Source of the DNA: a virus
IMG/VR virus record: IMGVR_UViG_3300035210_000132
Location: 28,596 to 92,595 of that record
Length of the DNA stretch: 64,000 nucleotides
Direction: 5' to 3' (one strand)
The notes beneath the pieces were generated by a model. The model did not search any database. It was not told the DNA's origin and was given only the letters and a program-made list of their open reading frames with translations. The position numbers were made by a program, and so were the translations under genes. How positions within the stretch are numbered: the first letter of the stretch is position 1; the number at the start of each line of letters is the position of its first letter. Below are positions 1 through 10,252 of this stretch, piece by piece.

Positions 1-2
1 AG

Positions 3-929
3 GCCAACAAGATCTACGGTTTACCGAAACTTGCTGCCTTTGATATGCGCGAAGTGGTCCTTAGGCACTGGGTGCTAGATGAGATGGTACGCCGGGGACA
101 AATCCTTGGTGGCCAAGTCGGGGTCAGTGTTCAGAACTACAACGACGAGAACGAGCAACGGCAGTTTGCTCAGAGCCTAGCCGCTCTGATCCAAACTAAA
201 CAAGCAGTGTGTCCAGCGAAAGAAGAGGGCATCGACATGAGCACGTTCACACCTCCTCCCCCTCCCCCCATGCCTCCTGGCCCCGGTGGAAATCCTCCGA
301 ACGGGGGTGGTGGCCCTCCCCAGCAGTTTTCTCCTCCTCCCCCTCCGATGGGTGGGCCGATGCCGCCGCCTCCTGGCTATGGAGCTCAGGCCCCCTACCC
401 GCAGCCGGGCTTCCCTCCGCAGCCCCAGCAATTCGCCCCTCCGCAGCCGAGCTTTCCTCCGAATGCGAATGTCCCGGGGGCTATTCCTCCCGGGCCTCCG
501 GTTCACCAGGTAACTCCTCCTGCTCCAACTCCAGGGCCCGGTCGGGGGCGGCGCAAGGCCACCCCGGATCCTCAGCAGGCAGGTCCGCCTCCGGTTGCCG
601 CTCCCGTTCCTCCGATGCCGGGGGCGGTGCCGCAGTACGTGCCCCAGCCCCAGGGGTTCGCCCCTCTCCCGGCTCCGGCGCTACCCCAACAGCAGTTCGT
701 TCCTCCGACTGGCCAGGCTGCTCCCGCACCGGCCAACGACGTCCTGCTGCAGAAGCTCGAACAGCTCACCCAGCTGGTCATGCAACAGGCTTCCACCATC
801 TCTCAAATCTCGAGGAAGCTCGAGATCGTCAGCCTGGTGGCCACGGCTTCGGCTCGTGTGCCCTACCAGCAGCAGACGACTGACGCAGAGACCTTCCTGA
901 AGGCCATCAACATCCCGGTCCCTCAGTAG
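3..929 (+). CDS. Proline-rich low-complexity protein (PPPPPP/PQ-rich core, coiled-coil-like C-terminus). The ORF is probably 5'-partial and continues upstream of the window; the first in-window ATG is at 45.
   Basis: Frame is open from base 3 with no stop. There is no SD before the ATG at 45. ~180 aa of P/G/Q-rich sequence is followed by 'LLQKLEQLTQLVMQQASTISQISRKLEIV'. Stop TAG at 927-929. Confidence 0.5.
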   Translation, partial: ANKIYGLPKLAAFDMREVVLRHWVLDEMVRRGQILGGQVGVSVQNYNDENEQRQFAQSLAALIQTKQAVCPAKEEGIDMSTFTPPPPPPMPPGPGGNPPNGGGGPPQQFSPPPPPMGGPMPPPPGYGAQAPYPQPGFPPQPQQFAPPQPSFPPNANVPGAIPPGPPVHQVTPPAPTPGPGRGRRKATPDPQQAGPPPVAAPVPPMPGAVPQYVPQPQGFAPLPAPALPQQQFVPPTGQAAPAPANDVLLQKLEQLTQLVMQQASTISQISRKLEIVSLVATASARVPYQQQTTDAETFLKAINIPVPQ

Positions 930-940
930 CGGCCACGGCA

Positions 941-977
941 CAGGAACCTGCGTCTGTTAGAGGGGCGCAGGTTCCTG
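941..977. terminator. Perfect 12-bp inverted repeat (CAGGAACCTGCG ... CGCAGGTTCCTG) with a 13-nt loop, immediately 3' of the proline-rich gene. Terminator-like or regulatory hairpin; no U-tract follows.
   Basis: Read directly: arms at 941-952 and 966-977 are exact reverse complements. Confidence 0.35.
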
Positions 978-988
978 GGTTAGATGAG

Positions 989-1189
989 GTGGTACTCGAG
1001 CCGAGGTCGAATACGCTGCCACCAACCCAAGTCCCTATGGTGAGTGTGACCAAAGAACAGCTCCGAAGAATGTCGAGTCAGGAGCTGACTGCCTTCGCTT
1101 GGGAGCACTTGGGTATTCCAATGGACCTGACGCAGGATCGATCCAAGCTGATCACCAAACTGCTAGGTTTGGCTACAAGGCTTTCCTAG
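989..1189 (+). CDS. Small hypothetical protein (66 aa from a GTG start; 50 aa if the internal ATG is used).
   Basis: ORF track only; weak or no SD. Low confidence. Confidence 0.25.
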   Translation: MVLEPRSNTLPPTQVPMVSVTKEQLRRMSSQELTAFAWEHLGIPMDLTQDRSKLITKLLGLATRLS

Positions 1190-1754
1190 AAAGCGCCAGA
1201 CCCCCAGCTAGTACGGTTCCTAAGATCGGCAGCGACAGGTACGTACCGTACGCCCGCAACATCCTCTTCCGATACTGCCCCTGCTGCTCTTTTGTCGCCT
1301 TGGCCTCCTGCAGAAGTGAATCGCCCTTTACTGAGGCGATGGCTTCTGACAGGAGAGTCGGGGCGGCGAGAGCAGCAGGGAGCAGGATCCCCCAGTTCGA
1401 TCCTTTAGCCATCAGCATGGAGGCGGGGATGCCTGATAGCCCTGAGGTCGCATGACTAATACGGGCAGGGAGATTCTGGATCAAACGACCGAGCACGTTC
1501 TCGTGGATCTGGACATGGCCAAGTTCATGCGCCAGCACCTCGTAGTCCTTCCTCGACATGCCGATCTCTTCCTTGCCCCAGTCGAAGTAGCCGCCTCCTC
1601 CGATGTCCGCGTCTTTGGTGATGCGGATCTTGACGGGAGATCCTCGCGAAAGCTTGCGGTAGATCCTTCCTGCAGCTGCCTGAATAGACACCTTGGCAGG
1701 AGCTGAGATCTTCAGCAACTCTTCGGAGAAGGCTAGGTAGTTGGGCCCCATCAC
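1173..1754 (-). CDS. Putative Zn-metallopeptidase-like protein (HExxH motif 'VLAHELGHV') with a hydrophobic C-terminal segment. Last gene of the minus-strand structural operon.
   Basis: HELGH motif in typical hydrophobic context. Its start overlaps the stop of the upstream tail-fibre gene (coupled). Confidence 0.45.
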   Translation of the reverse strand: MMGPNYLAFSEELLKISAPAKVSIQAAAGRIYRKLSRGSPVKIRITKDADIGGGGYFDWGKEEIGMSRKDYEVLAHELGHVQIHENVLGRLIQNLPARISHATSGLSGIPASMLMAKGSNWGILLPAALAAPTLLSEAIASVKGDSLLQEAKATKEQQGQYRKRMLRAYGTYLSLPILGTVLAGGLALSRKAL

Positions 1755-4700
1755 TAGACCATGGGGAAGATAGCAAGGTTGAACCAGAAGTTGGTCAGAG
1801 CAACCGTAGTGAAGTTGAGCTTGGTCAAAACTCCGGTAGTAGGGTGGTGCGTCCAGAGACCCACCATGGGATTGTTAGATGCATCAGCCGTGAAAGCGGG
1901 ATAGAGAGGGTAGCCAGTAGAGGGGGAGGCACTCTGAGGCCAGTAAACCGTCCCGCTCCCGAAACCTATCCAAGTCGTCGGACTACCTGCTGACAGGTGC
2001 AGGGTCAGATTCAGGTAATCTGTAGAAACCGTGGGATTAGCCATGCCATACTTGGCCCAGTTGGCTACCAGCGTCGTATTCGAGCCAGCCAGAGATGCTT
2101 GGAGAATTTGCTGAGGGAAAAGCTTGGCTTGGTAGTCCTTGTTCAGGGTGGTTACTAGCACCCATCCCGACCCCGCCACCCCAATATCAGATGATAAGAG
2201 GAAACCTCCTACGTAGAGGCTAAGGCCCGAGGTGCTCATCTTGTAGCACCAAGAGGGCTTCCCGTAACAGTCGACCATCCATTGTGGGGTGGGGTTATCC
2301 CAGTACGCGTTCACCGCTATCTCGATCCCTGTGGCGGTCGCGTACATACGGAACTTCACCATGCATACTTGACCACCAGAGCTGGTCTGGTTGCCAAGGT
2401 TGGCTTCCCACAAAAGTTTGCGGGGGTTTGGCGTTTGCGTTGTGATCAGTGCCGCGTCTGCAGCCGTGGCCCCTTCAAGGTACTGGGTAGCAGTGAAGTG
2501 GTTGACGGCGTTGGCCTTGACCAAAGCGTTGCTGTCGAAGAGGGTGTGCGCCCAGAACGTAGCATCGGCGAAGGAGCTTCCTGGGGTAGTGACATTCTGG
2601 ACGATCAACCTGCTTGCGTAATTGATGATGGTTCTAGTGGCGTCGTTCGTGGCGTTGTCCGTCTGCCATGCAGTGCCGTTCCACCGAGCGTTTTGTGTGT
2701 ACTCGATACCAGAGGGCCCTGAGTACAGCCGCATATAGACCGTACCAACATAAGGCATCTGCCAGAGCAACTTACGATCGATGATGGAGATGTTGGTGAC
2801 GAGAGCGGCGCTGGTGTCCCTTGTAGTGTTGCTGTCTGATCCCAACGCCCCATTCATGGTCTGGGTAGCCGTGAAGGTATTGGGAGAAGCAGCGCTGATG
2901 CCCGAGGCCGGCTGGGTGGTGATCAAGAACTGCTGGTAGCCGGAGATCCACGCCACATCTGACCAAGAGGCTCCCAGGTCCCCTTGGTATTTTTGCATAG
3001 CGAACCCTTCTTTTCGGAACTGATACCGAAGCGCTGGGTTCGTTATACTGGGGGTCACATCACCTGCCCACACAGTACCTGACAGAATGTTCGCGTTCAG
3101 GGTCACCTCGAAACCGTCAGCACTGTAGAAGAGGCGAATCTTTTGGGTGCTATTGAAATTCATCTCCCAAAGAAGTCGACGAGGATACTGGGGCGTGTCC
3201 GTCTTCATTACAGGGAGATTGGCCCCTACCAGGCCTCCTCCCGAGGTATCCCCGTTGAAGGTCTGAGCAGCCGTCCAGGTGTTGGCACGGCTCGTCCTGG
3301 CCCAATTGCTGGCGATGTAGTTTAGCTGGCTCCTAACCGAGTTTCCCGGAACCGCTGCTCCCGCCTCTAGAAGAGTAAAAGCACCTACCTTAGCTGCTCC
3401 GTCTTCTGTAGCCGAGGCAGTGGATTTCAGATCAACGATGATCTTGTTCAGGGCCTCAGTGAGACTGACATTACCTGGATTGGTAGTGGCAGGAGAATTC
3501 CCCCAGTCGCTACGAGCTGCGACCGAGATCTTGCTGGAGCCAGAATTGTTCTTCCCCAAAGCGGCAACGATGCCGTCGATGGCTGCATCTAGAGTGATGC
3601 CTGGAGTGATGACAGAGTCATCTTGCCAAGGACCAGAACCACTGTATGGAGAGGTGCCTCCCCCTCCCGAATGGGCAGTACCGTCGCTGACGTGGGCGTT
3701 CAGGTCACCGAGTAGAGCGAGGAGCTGGGACTTGACCGAGCCAGCCGCAAGCGTATTGGGTCCGGCGTTTGGGGCCGCTGCTGTGAGAGCAGCAGAACCA
3801 ATACGACTCGCCCCCGTCTCGGCACTTGTCGAGGTCTCGTTATCCCCCAACATCCCGATGAGACTGATGAGGATAGCTTGCAGGTCTGTCCCAGAAATCG
3901 TTTCTGCCGTACGCGCCCAAGTAGGCTGGGCAGCGTTCCAACTGATCGCCGAGGCAGGGTGACCACCGCTGGCAATGTGGTACTCGATGTAGCTCAGGAC
4001 AGCATCAGGAGAGACGTTGAACTCGGCCGCCAAAGCTTGGGCCGCTGCCAGCCGCATAGGCGTCCCTGTCTTTAGGCGCAGGACGACCGTATCAGCATAG
4101 CTCGTCAATAAGCCCCACGAGCTCCCTCCCACATGCTCTAGAGTGAAAACCAGGGAAGAAGCCGGGAGGTAGAATCCGATCGGAATTGTCAGGCTACCGA
4201 AGCCTCCGTTCGGGTTGAGCTCGGTGGGCCGATTAGAAGTGCTCCAGACCAAAGGCTCGTTGCTGGACTTGGCCCTGACTTGTACTCTGGTCTCGTCGAT
4301 GACCCGAGAGACGACGTACTCGCCGTTGTGGTTGAACGGAATACCGTTCGCAGCTCCTGTGATCCGGACGGTGTCCCCAGGCTGGACGTGTAGCGTTACA
4401 AAGGTTGCTCCTGCGCAAGAGAGCACATTGCCCGAGATCACAGCGGAGATGGCGATGGTCGGGTGCTTGGCCTTCTGGGCGTGAGTAGGGGAGACCCCAA
4501 AAATACTCTTGTCGTCCGGGCTACCCCAAGCCAAAAAGCTCGAGGAGGCTGTGTTACGAAAGTCTCCCGTAGTCGGTGCTGAGGAGTAGTGTACGCTCTT
4601 AACCCGATAGCGCCCCCCTCCAACAGTCTGCTGCAAGACTAGGTCAGTCTTCTTTACAGGAGGGCCGCTTACGACCTCCAGCATCTTGAAGATCTCTTCT

Positions 4701-5464
4701 AGCTCGGTGCCGCTTGGAGAGATGCCCGAGACGAAACCGATCGGGATACGTAGATTCGGGTCGTTGATGGTGAAGACGTTGGCTACCGTGCTTTGTGAGC
4801 CTCCTGGGATACCATCGGAGACCGCCACGATGTGGTTGTTGGCCAAGGTGACTATCACGTCCTTCACCACGGCAACTTCTCGATCCAGGTCAGTACGGTA
4901 AGTCTCGAAGTAGTTGATGACCCCCAACAGCGCCCGGTTGAAGACCTCGCTTGATAGGTCCTCATCTTTACCGATGAGCGCCGTGCCTTGTGGATTGTTC
5001 TGACGCCGGACTCCGGGAGTAGAGACCAGCTCTCCTGCGTAGCTGACCGATCCAGGATAAGGATCAACTGTTAGACCCAGAACGATGGCAGCGTCGTTCG
5101 CCGGGTCACCCTGAGCGATGATCTTGAGGTAGTGGGTGCCTCCAGAGTTGCGGTTCTTCAGGGCCAAGAAGCCATCCATATCGATGGCCTCTACGTTGGC
5201 TGAGTCTTTTCCCGAGATCTCGGTTAGGAGGTTGAGGTAAGAGTCTCCCAAGAAAGTAGCCGTCGCGGCCTGCACCACCCCATCGGTATCGGTGTACTCG
5301 AACGTCAGCGACTTACCTGAAATGCCGGGGTAGTAGGGCTCTGTGAAGGACCCCGAGGCATCCGTCCTGCGTACCGAGGCTCTGATGATAGGAGATAGGT
5401 TTCTAGGGATCGAGACATTGCCTACGAGGTTGGCAATGGTCAACTCGTTGGGTTGGAAGCTCAT
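1754..5464 (-). CDS. Tail fibre or tail spike protein, 1236 aa, with three internal ~130-aa repeats each carrying an R(K/R)LLWE motif and a fibre-like 'AAQTFNG' motif.
   Basis: The motifs 'PRRLLWEMNF', 'DRKLLWQMPY' and 'PRKLLWEANL' lie at ~130-aa spacing with conserved downstream blocks. Gly/Ser/Thr-rich beta composition. Sits at the distal end of a tail module. Confidence 0.55.
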   Translation of the reverse strand: MSFQPNELTIANLVGNVSIPRNLSPIIRASVRRTDASGSFTEPYYPGISGKSLTFEYTDTDGVVQAATATFLGDSYLNLLTEISGKDSANVEAIDMDGFLALKNRNSGGTHYLKIIAQGDPANDAAIVLGLTVDPYPGSVSYAGELVSTPGVRRQNNPQGTALIGKDEDLSSEVFNRALLGVINYFETYRTDLDREVAVVKDVIVTLANNHIVAVSDGIPGGSQSTVANVFTINDPNLRIPIGFVSGISPSGTELEEIFKMLEVVSGPPVKKTDLVLQQTVGGGRYRVKSVHYSSAPTTGDFRNTASSSFLAWGSPDDKSIFGVSPTHAQKAKHPTIAISAVISGNVLSCAGATFVTLHVQPGDTVRITGAANGIPFNHNGEYVVSRVIDETRVQVRAKSSNEPLVWSTSNRPTELNPNGGFGSLTIPIGFYLPASSLVFTLEHVGGSSWGLLTSYADTVVLRLKTGTPMRLAAAQALAAEFNVSPDAVLSYIEYHIASGGHPASAISWNAAQPTWARTAETISGTDLQAILISLIGMLGDNETSTSAETGASRIGSAALTAAAPNAGPNTLAAGSVKSQLLALLGDLNAHVSDGTAHSGGGGTSPYSGSGPWQDDSVITPGITLDAAIDGIVAALGKNNSGSSKISVAARSDWGNSPATTNPGNVSLTEALNKIIVDLKSTASATEDGAAKVGAFTLLEAGAAVPGNSVRSQLNYIASNWARTSRANTWTAAQTFNGDTSGGGLVGANLPVMKTDTPQYPRRLLWEMNFNSTQKIRLFYSADGFEVTLNANILSGTVWAGDVTPSITNPALRYQFRKEGFAMQKYQGDLGASWSDVAWISGYQQFLITTQPASGISAASPNTFTATQTMNGALGSDSNTTRDTSAALVTNISIIDRKLLWQMPYVGTVYMRLYSGPSGIEYTQNARWNGTAWQTDNATNDATRTIINYASRLIVQNVTTPGSSFADATFWAHTLFDSNALVKANAVNHFTATQYLEGATAADAALITTQTPNPRKLLWEANLGNQTSSGGQVCMVKFRMYATATGIEIAVNAYWDNPTPQWMVDCYGKPSWCYKMSTSGLSLYVGGFLLSSDIGVAGSGWVLVTTLNKDYQAKLFPQQILQASLAGSNTTLVANWAKYGMANPTVSTDYLNLTLHLSAGSPTTWIGFGSGTVYWPQSASPSTGYPLYPAFTADASNNPMVGLWTHHPTTGVLTKLNFTTVALTNFWFNLAIFPMV

Positions 5465-5523
5465 GAACCACCCGCCTTGTACTCGGAGACCAACTCAGCA
5501 ATTTCTAATTGATTACGCATAAT

Positions 5524-6180
5524 TCAGAAGCGAACCTCCCAGGAAACTTGAAGCACAAAGTTCTGGGTCTTCTTGAGAGGCTCAAAGGACTTGTAGGCAC
5601 AAGGAGCCTGGTAATTGGCCATCGCTAGCGTGCGATCTCTGGACCCTGGCAGGAAGATGACAGGGGAGCTGTTAGGTGACCCATCGGTAAATAGACCGGC
5701 CTCTTGGAGCACCACGGCAGTGGCTGGGGAGAGCTCTTCCTCACTGAACTCCCGTGTGTAGCGGACCGAGGTACCGTAGGATCCGACCGTTTCATAGGGA
5801 TAGGTGGGGATGTTTACTTCGGCTAGAAACAGCCCCCCACTCACACTATCGTAAGAGATGGGGTCGTTCAGCCTAGAGACACTAGCGACCTCAGTCGTGT
5901 AGCCGACACCAAAGCCGATGTAGCGGATACGGTCGGATCGGGCCGCCGTGAGAGGTGTGTAGGCGGAGTAACTTATCATCCTGGCAAGGTACTCACTGCC
6001 AGCCAAGGTCCAGATGTTGTGGCCCTCCCTCCGAGTCCCTGGAACCACTTTACCCCGCTCGCGACAGACGCAAGAGAAGAACCCTGTTACAGGTACACAC
6101 GCCTGCTCACGAGCTATCTTAGCCTTCTGAGGCCCGCTGGTTAGCTCCAAGTGGTCACGAACGAGGACTTCATCTTTCAT
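5524..6180 (-). CDS. Hypothetical virion or tail-associated protein (218 aa).
   Basis: Long ORF in the operon. It overlaps the upstream gene's stop by 11 nt. Confidence 0.6.
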   Translation of the reverse strand: MKDEVLVRDHLELTSGPQKAKIAREQACVPVTGFFSCVCRERGKVVPGTRREGHNIWTLAGSEYLARMISYSAYTPLTAARSDRIRYIGFGVGYTTEVASVSRLNDPISYDSVSGGLFLAEVNIPTYPYETVGSYGTSVRYTREFSEEELSPATAVVLQEAGLFTDGSPNSSPVIFLPGSRDRTLAMANYQAPCAYKSFEPLKKTQNFVLQVSWEVRF

Positions 6181-9100
6181 CTGAAACCTTCCTTCTGATG
6201 CCGTAGTGGAACTCGCCCGTGGCCGAAAGGGTGTCCAGTAGGTACAGCACTGTGTTGCTCACCACCTGCTGAATCATGAAGGTACCAAGACCGTCAAGGC
6301 CTAGTTTGGTACTATCAGGGCCCTCATAGAGTACAAGAAAGTCCCCTGGATTGACCAGAAGTTCGGAGAAGTCTGTTTGCTTTGTGCTGGTCACCCCGCT
6401 GCTGCCACCGTTGGTGACAATCTTGTCGTCGTAGACAAGAGAGGGAATAGCCACCAACTCGAGGGCATCTGGAGGAGACCTATCAAGGAGATCCATGGTG
6501 ATGGGGGCGGATCCTCGATTCGGGCGCAACTCTATCTCGACGTAAGCATCAGTAGAAGCGAAAGAGGGTGTTCCTGTTGTGTACGCTCTGCGTAGGTAGG
6601 GATCAAAACGTAGAACGACTAAACGGGAGTCGCCTACCTGGATGATGTCCCCATAATGCAGGAGAGCCAGAGTCAGCCAATCGTTCTTGTGAGATCCCCT
6701 ATCGACAAAGTCTACGTAGGGAACATGGGCCTCAAAGTCTGCCCAGAAGGCACTCGACTCCGAGAAAGGAGAAGCCCACTTTCTGAACAGCAGAGGCTCT
6801 CTGATAACCCAACCGTAGTACTCCCCGGTGGCTTCTACGGGATCGGGTACCACGGTGACATAAGGGCTGACCGGGCTAGGGACGACCGAGGTTATGGTGT
6901 ACACCCGGCTGACGGTAGGATTGTCTTGAAAGGGAGTGGTAAAGACTAGATGATCTCCTACAGACACACCTGCAGAAAAGATACCCGCACGCACACCTAC
7001 AGTCTCTTGGGTGGCTACTAACCCGTCTCCAATAGTCACTTTCACCAAGCCATCCCAAATGGGGTTCTGGATGGGGCGATAGACAGAGAACCGCTGTTTT
7101 GCGGAGGAGATGAACGACTGATCAGGCAGACCTACCATTTGCAGTTGGGTATCGGACACCAGGCTGGAGATGGGAAATCTTCCTGAGTTGAAGCCTCCGG
7201 ATATCTCCAGAAGGTCCCCAGGCCGAACCAAGGGAGGATCCCAAGACTCGTTCTGAGAGATACGTGGACTGTGAAACCCTCCAGAAGCCGAGCTCGCTTG
7301 CAGAGAACCTGAGGTGGTGACCAGGTCTTCTCCTGAGAGATACCGGGTAAACATCCGACCATCTACCAACAACAAAGAAGCGTTCTCGTCTCCCGCATCC
7401 AGCTTCAACGCAGAAGGCAGCTTCAGCCCTCCCAGGTCGTAAAACTGCATCTGCCGTCCGAAGCTGATGGCATCGACGATTGTCACATCATCGTCTACCG
7501 ACTTCAGCAGGGAGGCCAAAAGCCGTGCATAGTGAGCCTTGGCTCGCTGTAAAAAGATGGCAGACAGATCTGTATCTGAAGCAGATACAAGGTCAGCGTT
7601 TACTACCAAACGAAACGAGTGGTACTGACGCAAGAACGAAGCTGGGTCCTGGATCCGCATCTGCTCCGACCACTCGGGGGTGGCCAGGTATTCTTGGATG
7701 TCTACTCCCTTCGACAGCGGTACGAACTGGTTAACCCGGTCGGCTACTGCGTAGGGAAGTCCAGTGTTGGGGTTGATGGCTAGGCCAGAGTAGTCCGAGA
7801 CCGCGATGGTCCAAGTGTTCGTGGCAGCATCATACTTCTGACGTCCTTGGGGGTAGAGATAGACGTAGGTCAGCCCGGTCGGCTTATCGGACGCATCTCT
7901 GCCCTCTACCAAGATACGTCCGTACCGGACCGAGCCATCTTCACGCAAACGGTAGCTTGGGTTGATCTCTTTGATGATACCGGCAGCTTGCGTAAAGGGC
8001 ATGCCCAGAAGAATGTGCCCAGCCAACTTCAGGTTCGAGATGGTGGGGCCATTCACGAGAGCGTACATCAAGCCGGCTACGGCGCTCTTGTATGGGGCAC
8101 TGGAGTTGGCTTTCTCCAGGTCTTCTCGAGTAAGGCCAACAAGCGTGCCGAAATTCTTCTCGATCGCCTCGCCGTTGTCGAAGTACACCACTTCTGCCCA
8201 CAACCTCTTGGGGGCAGGGTTGTTCTTATTGAAGCGGTTGTTGATTAGACGTAGGTACTTCCCCGCTAGACGACGACGGATGGTGAAGGCCGCCCCAGCA
8301 GAGGTATCTCCGGGGGTCGGGTAGACCCGCAGTTTATCTGCCGCCAGGACTCTACGAATCTCGAACTTCTGGGTCTGGAAGCCCAGGACGACCTCGATGA
8401 CATCTTGCTCATGCACCGAACGATCGATCAGGTCCCCAAAGGGCACGGTGATCTCGTCCAGCCCTGCTGTGACCCCACACACGCCAGTGATGCGGGCCTC
8501 ATCATCGAGCACATAGTCAAGATTCTCAACCAGGAGGTGAGGTTCGTGCGTCACCTCCTTGGTCCCTCCGATAGTAGAGAGGAAAATCTTGCCTTGCCTC
8601 TTTATGACTTCGGGCTGACGAATGTACTCCTGTAGCATGGGTACCGAGGTGATGGTCGAGACCACAGGAAGAGCCTTGTTACGGATAATCTGTACGGGGC
8701 GCGCTCGAATACTGAAGACCCCCAGATCAATGTCATCGTAGGGAGTAAGCTTTTTCTCGTAGTAGGCTCTCTTGAAGACCAGAGAGCGCACGTTTCTGTT
8801 GAGGAGCTCGGCGTCCTCGGCATAGACAGGGCTTCCATCATCTCCCTGACTCAGGCCTACAACCTGGAGATCCTCGGCCAGGGATGCCTGGGTTGCTCTG
8901 TCTAGACCTTCTGCAGGCACACCATCGCGCAAATCCTCTAGGCCCAAGACAAAGCCCAAACAGTTTCTACATACGCTGACCACTTGCGCAAACAGAGTAC
9001 CCGTCTGAGCCAAGTCCGTACGGGTGATTTCTATCTCCAGGGTATCTCCTGGACTTACTCCATGATCCTCGTAGTCATACTCAGTTGAGATCAGAGTAGA

Positions 9101-10252
9101 GCTAAAGCGCCAGGCTTGAGCCTCGAGACCAGCAGGGACCTGGGCGACATCAGCGATGAACACACTATGAGTACTGGAGGCAGGTAGGACTGAGTAAGAA
9201 AGCCCGTTGGCGTTTGCAGGAAAGAGAGTTACGACCCCATCAAGGTTGGTTACCTCAACCTGTGTACTCGAAAGCACCGTAGTGATGCGCCAGTCTCTAG
9301 ATATCCCTGTCAAAGATCCGGCTACTTTTAGAATGCCACCACTCATACTGGAGGTGAAGCCGCTTCCCCTAAAGATCTGCGTTCCGATCAGGACTGAGCC
9401 GTCTCTGTCGTTGTTGACAGAAAGGGTGAAGCTGCTGGAGCGAGCCATAAGGAACGCACGATTCTCGAGACGAAGGACTCTACCGGCGAAGATCTTGGAC
9501 CCGAACCTAGTAGCCGAGAACTGGCCCTCGTTGATAGGAACCGCTACCTGACTGGTGTACCCAGGCTGTTGGGCATTTGGGACTCCGGTGATCGGGTCGA
9601 AGGTGAAAGTAGAGGCCCCAAAGCCGGCTTGGTCTTCTGCCAGTACAAAGTACGTGGCGTCTTTGTTTAACGGCAGACCGAAAGAGAAAGATAGCCACCG
9701 CTTCTGAGCAACTTCTTGTATGTCGCGGATGCTCTTGTTGTAATCGTATTGGTAAAGCTTGAGCATCTCCGCAGAGACGATCTGGATAGCGGCCGACCAG
9801 AAAGTCTCGAACTTCTCTCTCCCCTCTACCTTGTCCCAAAAGTCAGATAAGTAGTTCCAAATGAAGCTGGCGTCGGGAACTACACCACGATGGTAGGGGA
9901 CTAAGATGACCCTGACATCCACGTTGGCGAGCGCTGGGTCTGAATCTAAGCTACCATCTGATACCACAAGCTCGACTACATAAGGGCCTGTGATATCAGG
10001 GGCAAACGTGACGATGGAGGCATCATCTTCCAGGCCAGTGAAGCCATAACGCTCGACTTGAGATCCGATAGGAACCTGGGTAAACCGCCATTTGTAGGTG
10101 AGCCCTTTGCCTTCTGGATCAATGGAGGCGGTGCCATCGAGCTTGACCAGAGAGGTGACCACTGCCTCTTGATCTTCGGGAAGAACAATCGCAGTCGGGG
10201 CTACGTTAGACTCTAGGTCAAACTCGTAGTTTCTGAAGAGATCGTTAGGCAT
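6170..10252 (-). CDS. Large structural protein (1360 aa) with an N-terminal PKD/Ig-like domain. Tail-fibre or baseplate-associated.
   Basis: The N-terminus 'DGTASIDPEGKGLTYKWRF...GPYVVELVVSDGSLDS' fits the PKD-domain pattern. The rest is a long beta-rich protein. Confidence 0.55.
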   Translation of the reverse strand: MPNDLFRNYEFDLESNVAPTAIVLPEDQEAVVTSLVKLDGTASIDPEGKGLTYKWRFTQVPIGSQVERYGFTGLEDDASIVTFAPDITGPYVVELVVSDGSLDSDPALANVDVRVILVPYHRGVVPDASFIWNYLSDFWDKVEGREKFETFWSAAIQIVSAEMLKLYQYDYNKSIRDIQEVAQKRWLSFSFGLPLNKDATYFVLAEDQAGFGASTFTFDPITGVPNAQQPGYTSQVAVPINEGQFSATRFGSKIFAGRVLRLENRAFLMARSSSFTLSVNNDRDGSVLIGTQIFRGSGFTSSMSGGILKVAGSLTGISRDWRITTVLSSTQVEVTNLDGVVTLFPANANGLSYSVLPASSTHSVFIADVAQVPAGLEAQAWRFSSTLISTEYDYEDHGVSPGDTLEIEITRTDLAQTGTLFAQVVSVCRNCLGFVLGLEDLRDGVPAEGLDRATQASLAEDLQVVGLSQGDDGSPVYAEDAELLNRNVRSLVFKRAYYEKKLTPYDDIDLGVFSIRARPVQIIRNKALPVVSTITSVPMLQEYIRQPEVIKRQGKIFLSTIGGTKEVTHEPHLLVENLDYVLDDEARITGVCGVTAGLDEITVPFGDLIDRSVHEQDVIEVVLGFQTQKFEIRRVLAADKLRVYPTPGDTSAGAAFTIRRRLAGKYLRLINNRFNKNNPAPKRLWAEVVYFDNGEAIEKNFGTLVGLTREDLEKANSSAPYKSAVAGLMYALVNGPTISNLKLAGHILLGMPFTQAAGIIKEINPSYRLREDGSVRYGRILVEGRDASDKPTGLTYVYLYPQGRQKYDAATNTWTIAVSDYSGLAINPNTGLPYAVADRVNQFVPLSKGVDIQEYLATPEWSEQMRIQDPASFLRQYHSFRLVVNADLVSASDTDLSAIFLQRAKAHYARLLASLLKSVDDDVTIVDAISFGRQMQFYDLGGLKLPSALKLDAGDENASLLLVDGRMFTRYLSGEDLVTTSGSLQASSASGGFHSPRISQNESWDPPLVRPGDLLEISGGFNSGRFPISSLVSDTQLQMVGLPDQSFISSAKQRFSVYRPIQNPIWDGLVKVTIGDGLVATQETVGVRAGIFSAGVSVGDHLVFTTPFQDNPTVSRVYTITSVVPSPVSPYVTVVPDPVEATGEYYGWVIREPLLFRKWASPFSESSAFWADFEAHVPYVDFVDRGSHKNDWLTLALLHYGDIIQVGDSRLVVLRFDPYLRRAYTTGTPSFASTDAYVEIELRPNRGSAPITMDLLDRSPPDALELVAIPSLVYDDKIVTNGGSSGVTSTKQTDFSELLVNPGDFLVLYEGPDSTKLGLDGLGTFMIQQVVSNTVLYLLDTLSATGEFHYGIRRKVSDER

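Noticed and set aside
209-941. Multiple overlapping ORFs on both strands across the proline-rich gene (209..883 +, 177..506 -, 481..729 -, 572..799 -, 595..900 +, 681..941 -).
   Set aside because: They are Arg/Ser/Gly-rich out-of-frame shadows of a GC-rich CCN-repeat coding region. None has translation signals, and they all overlap one another.
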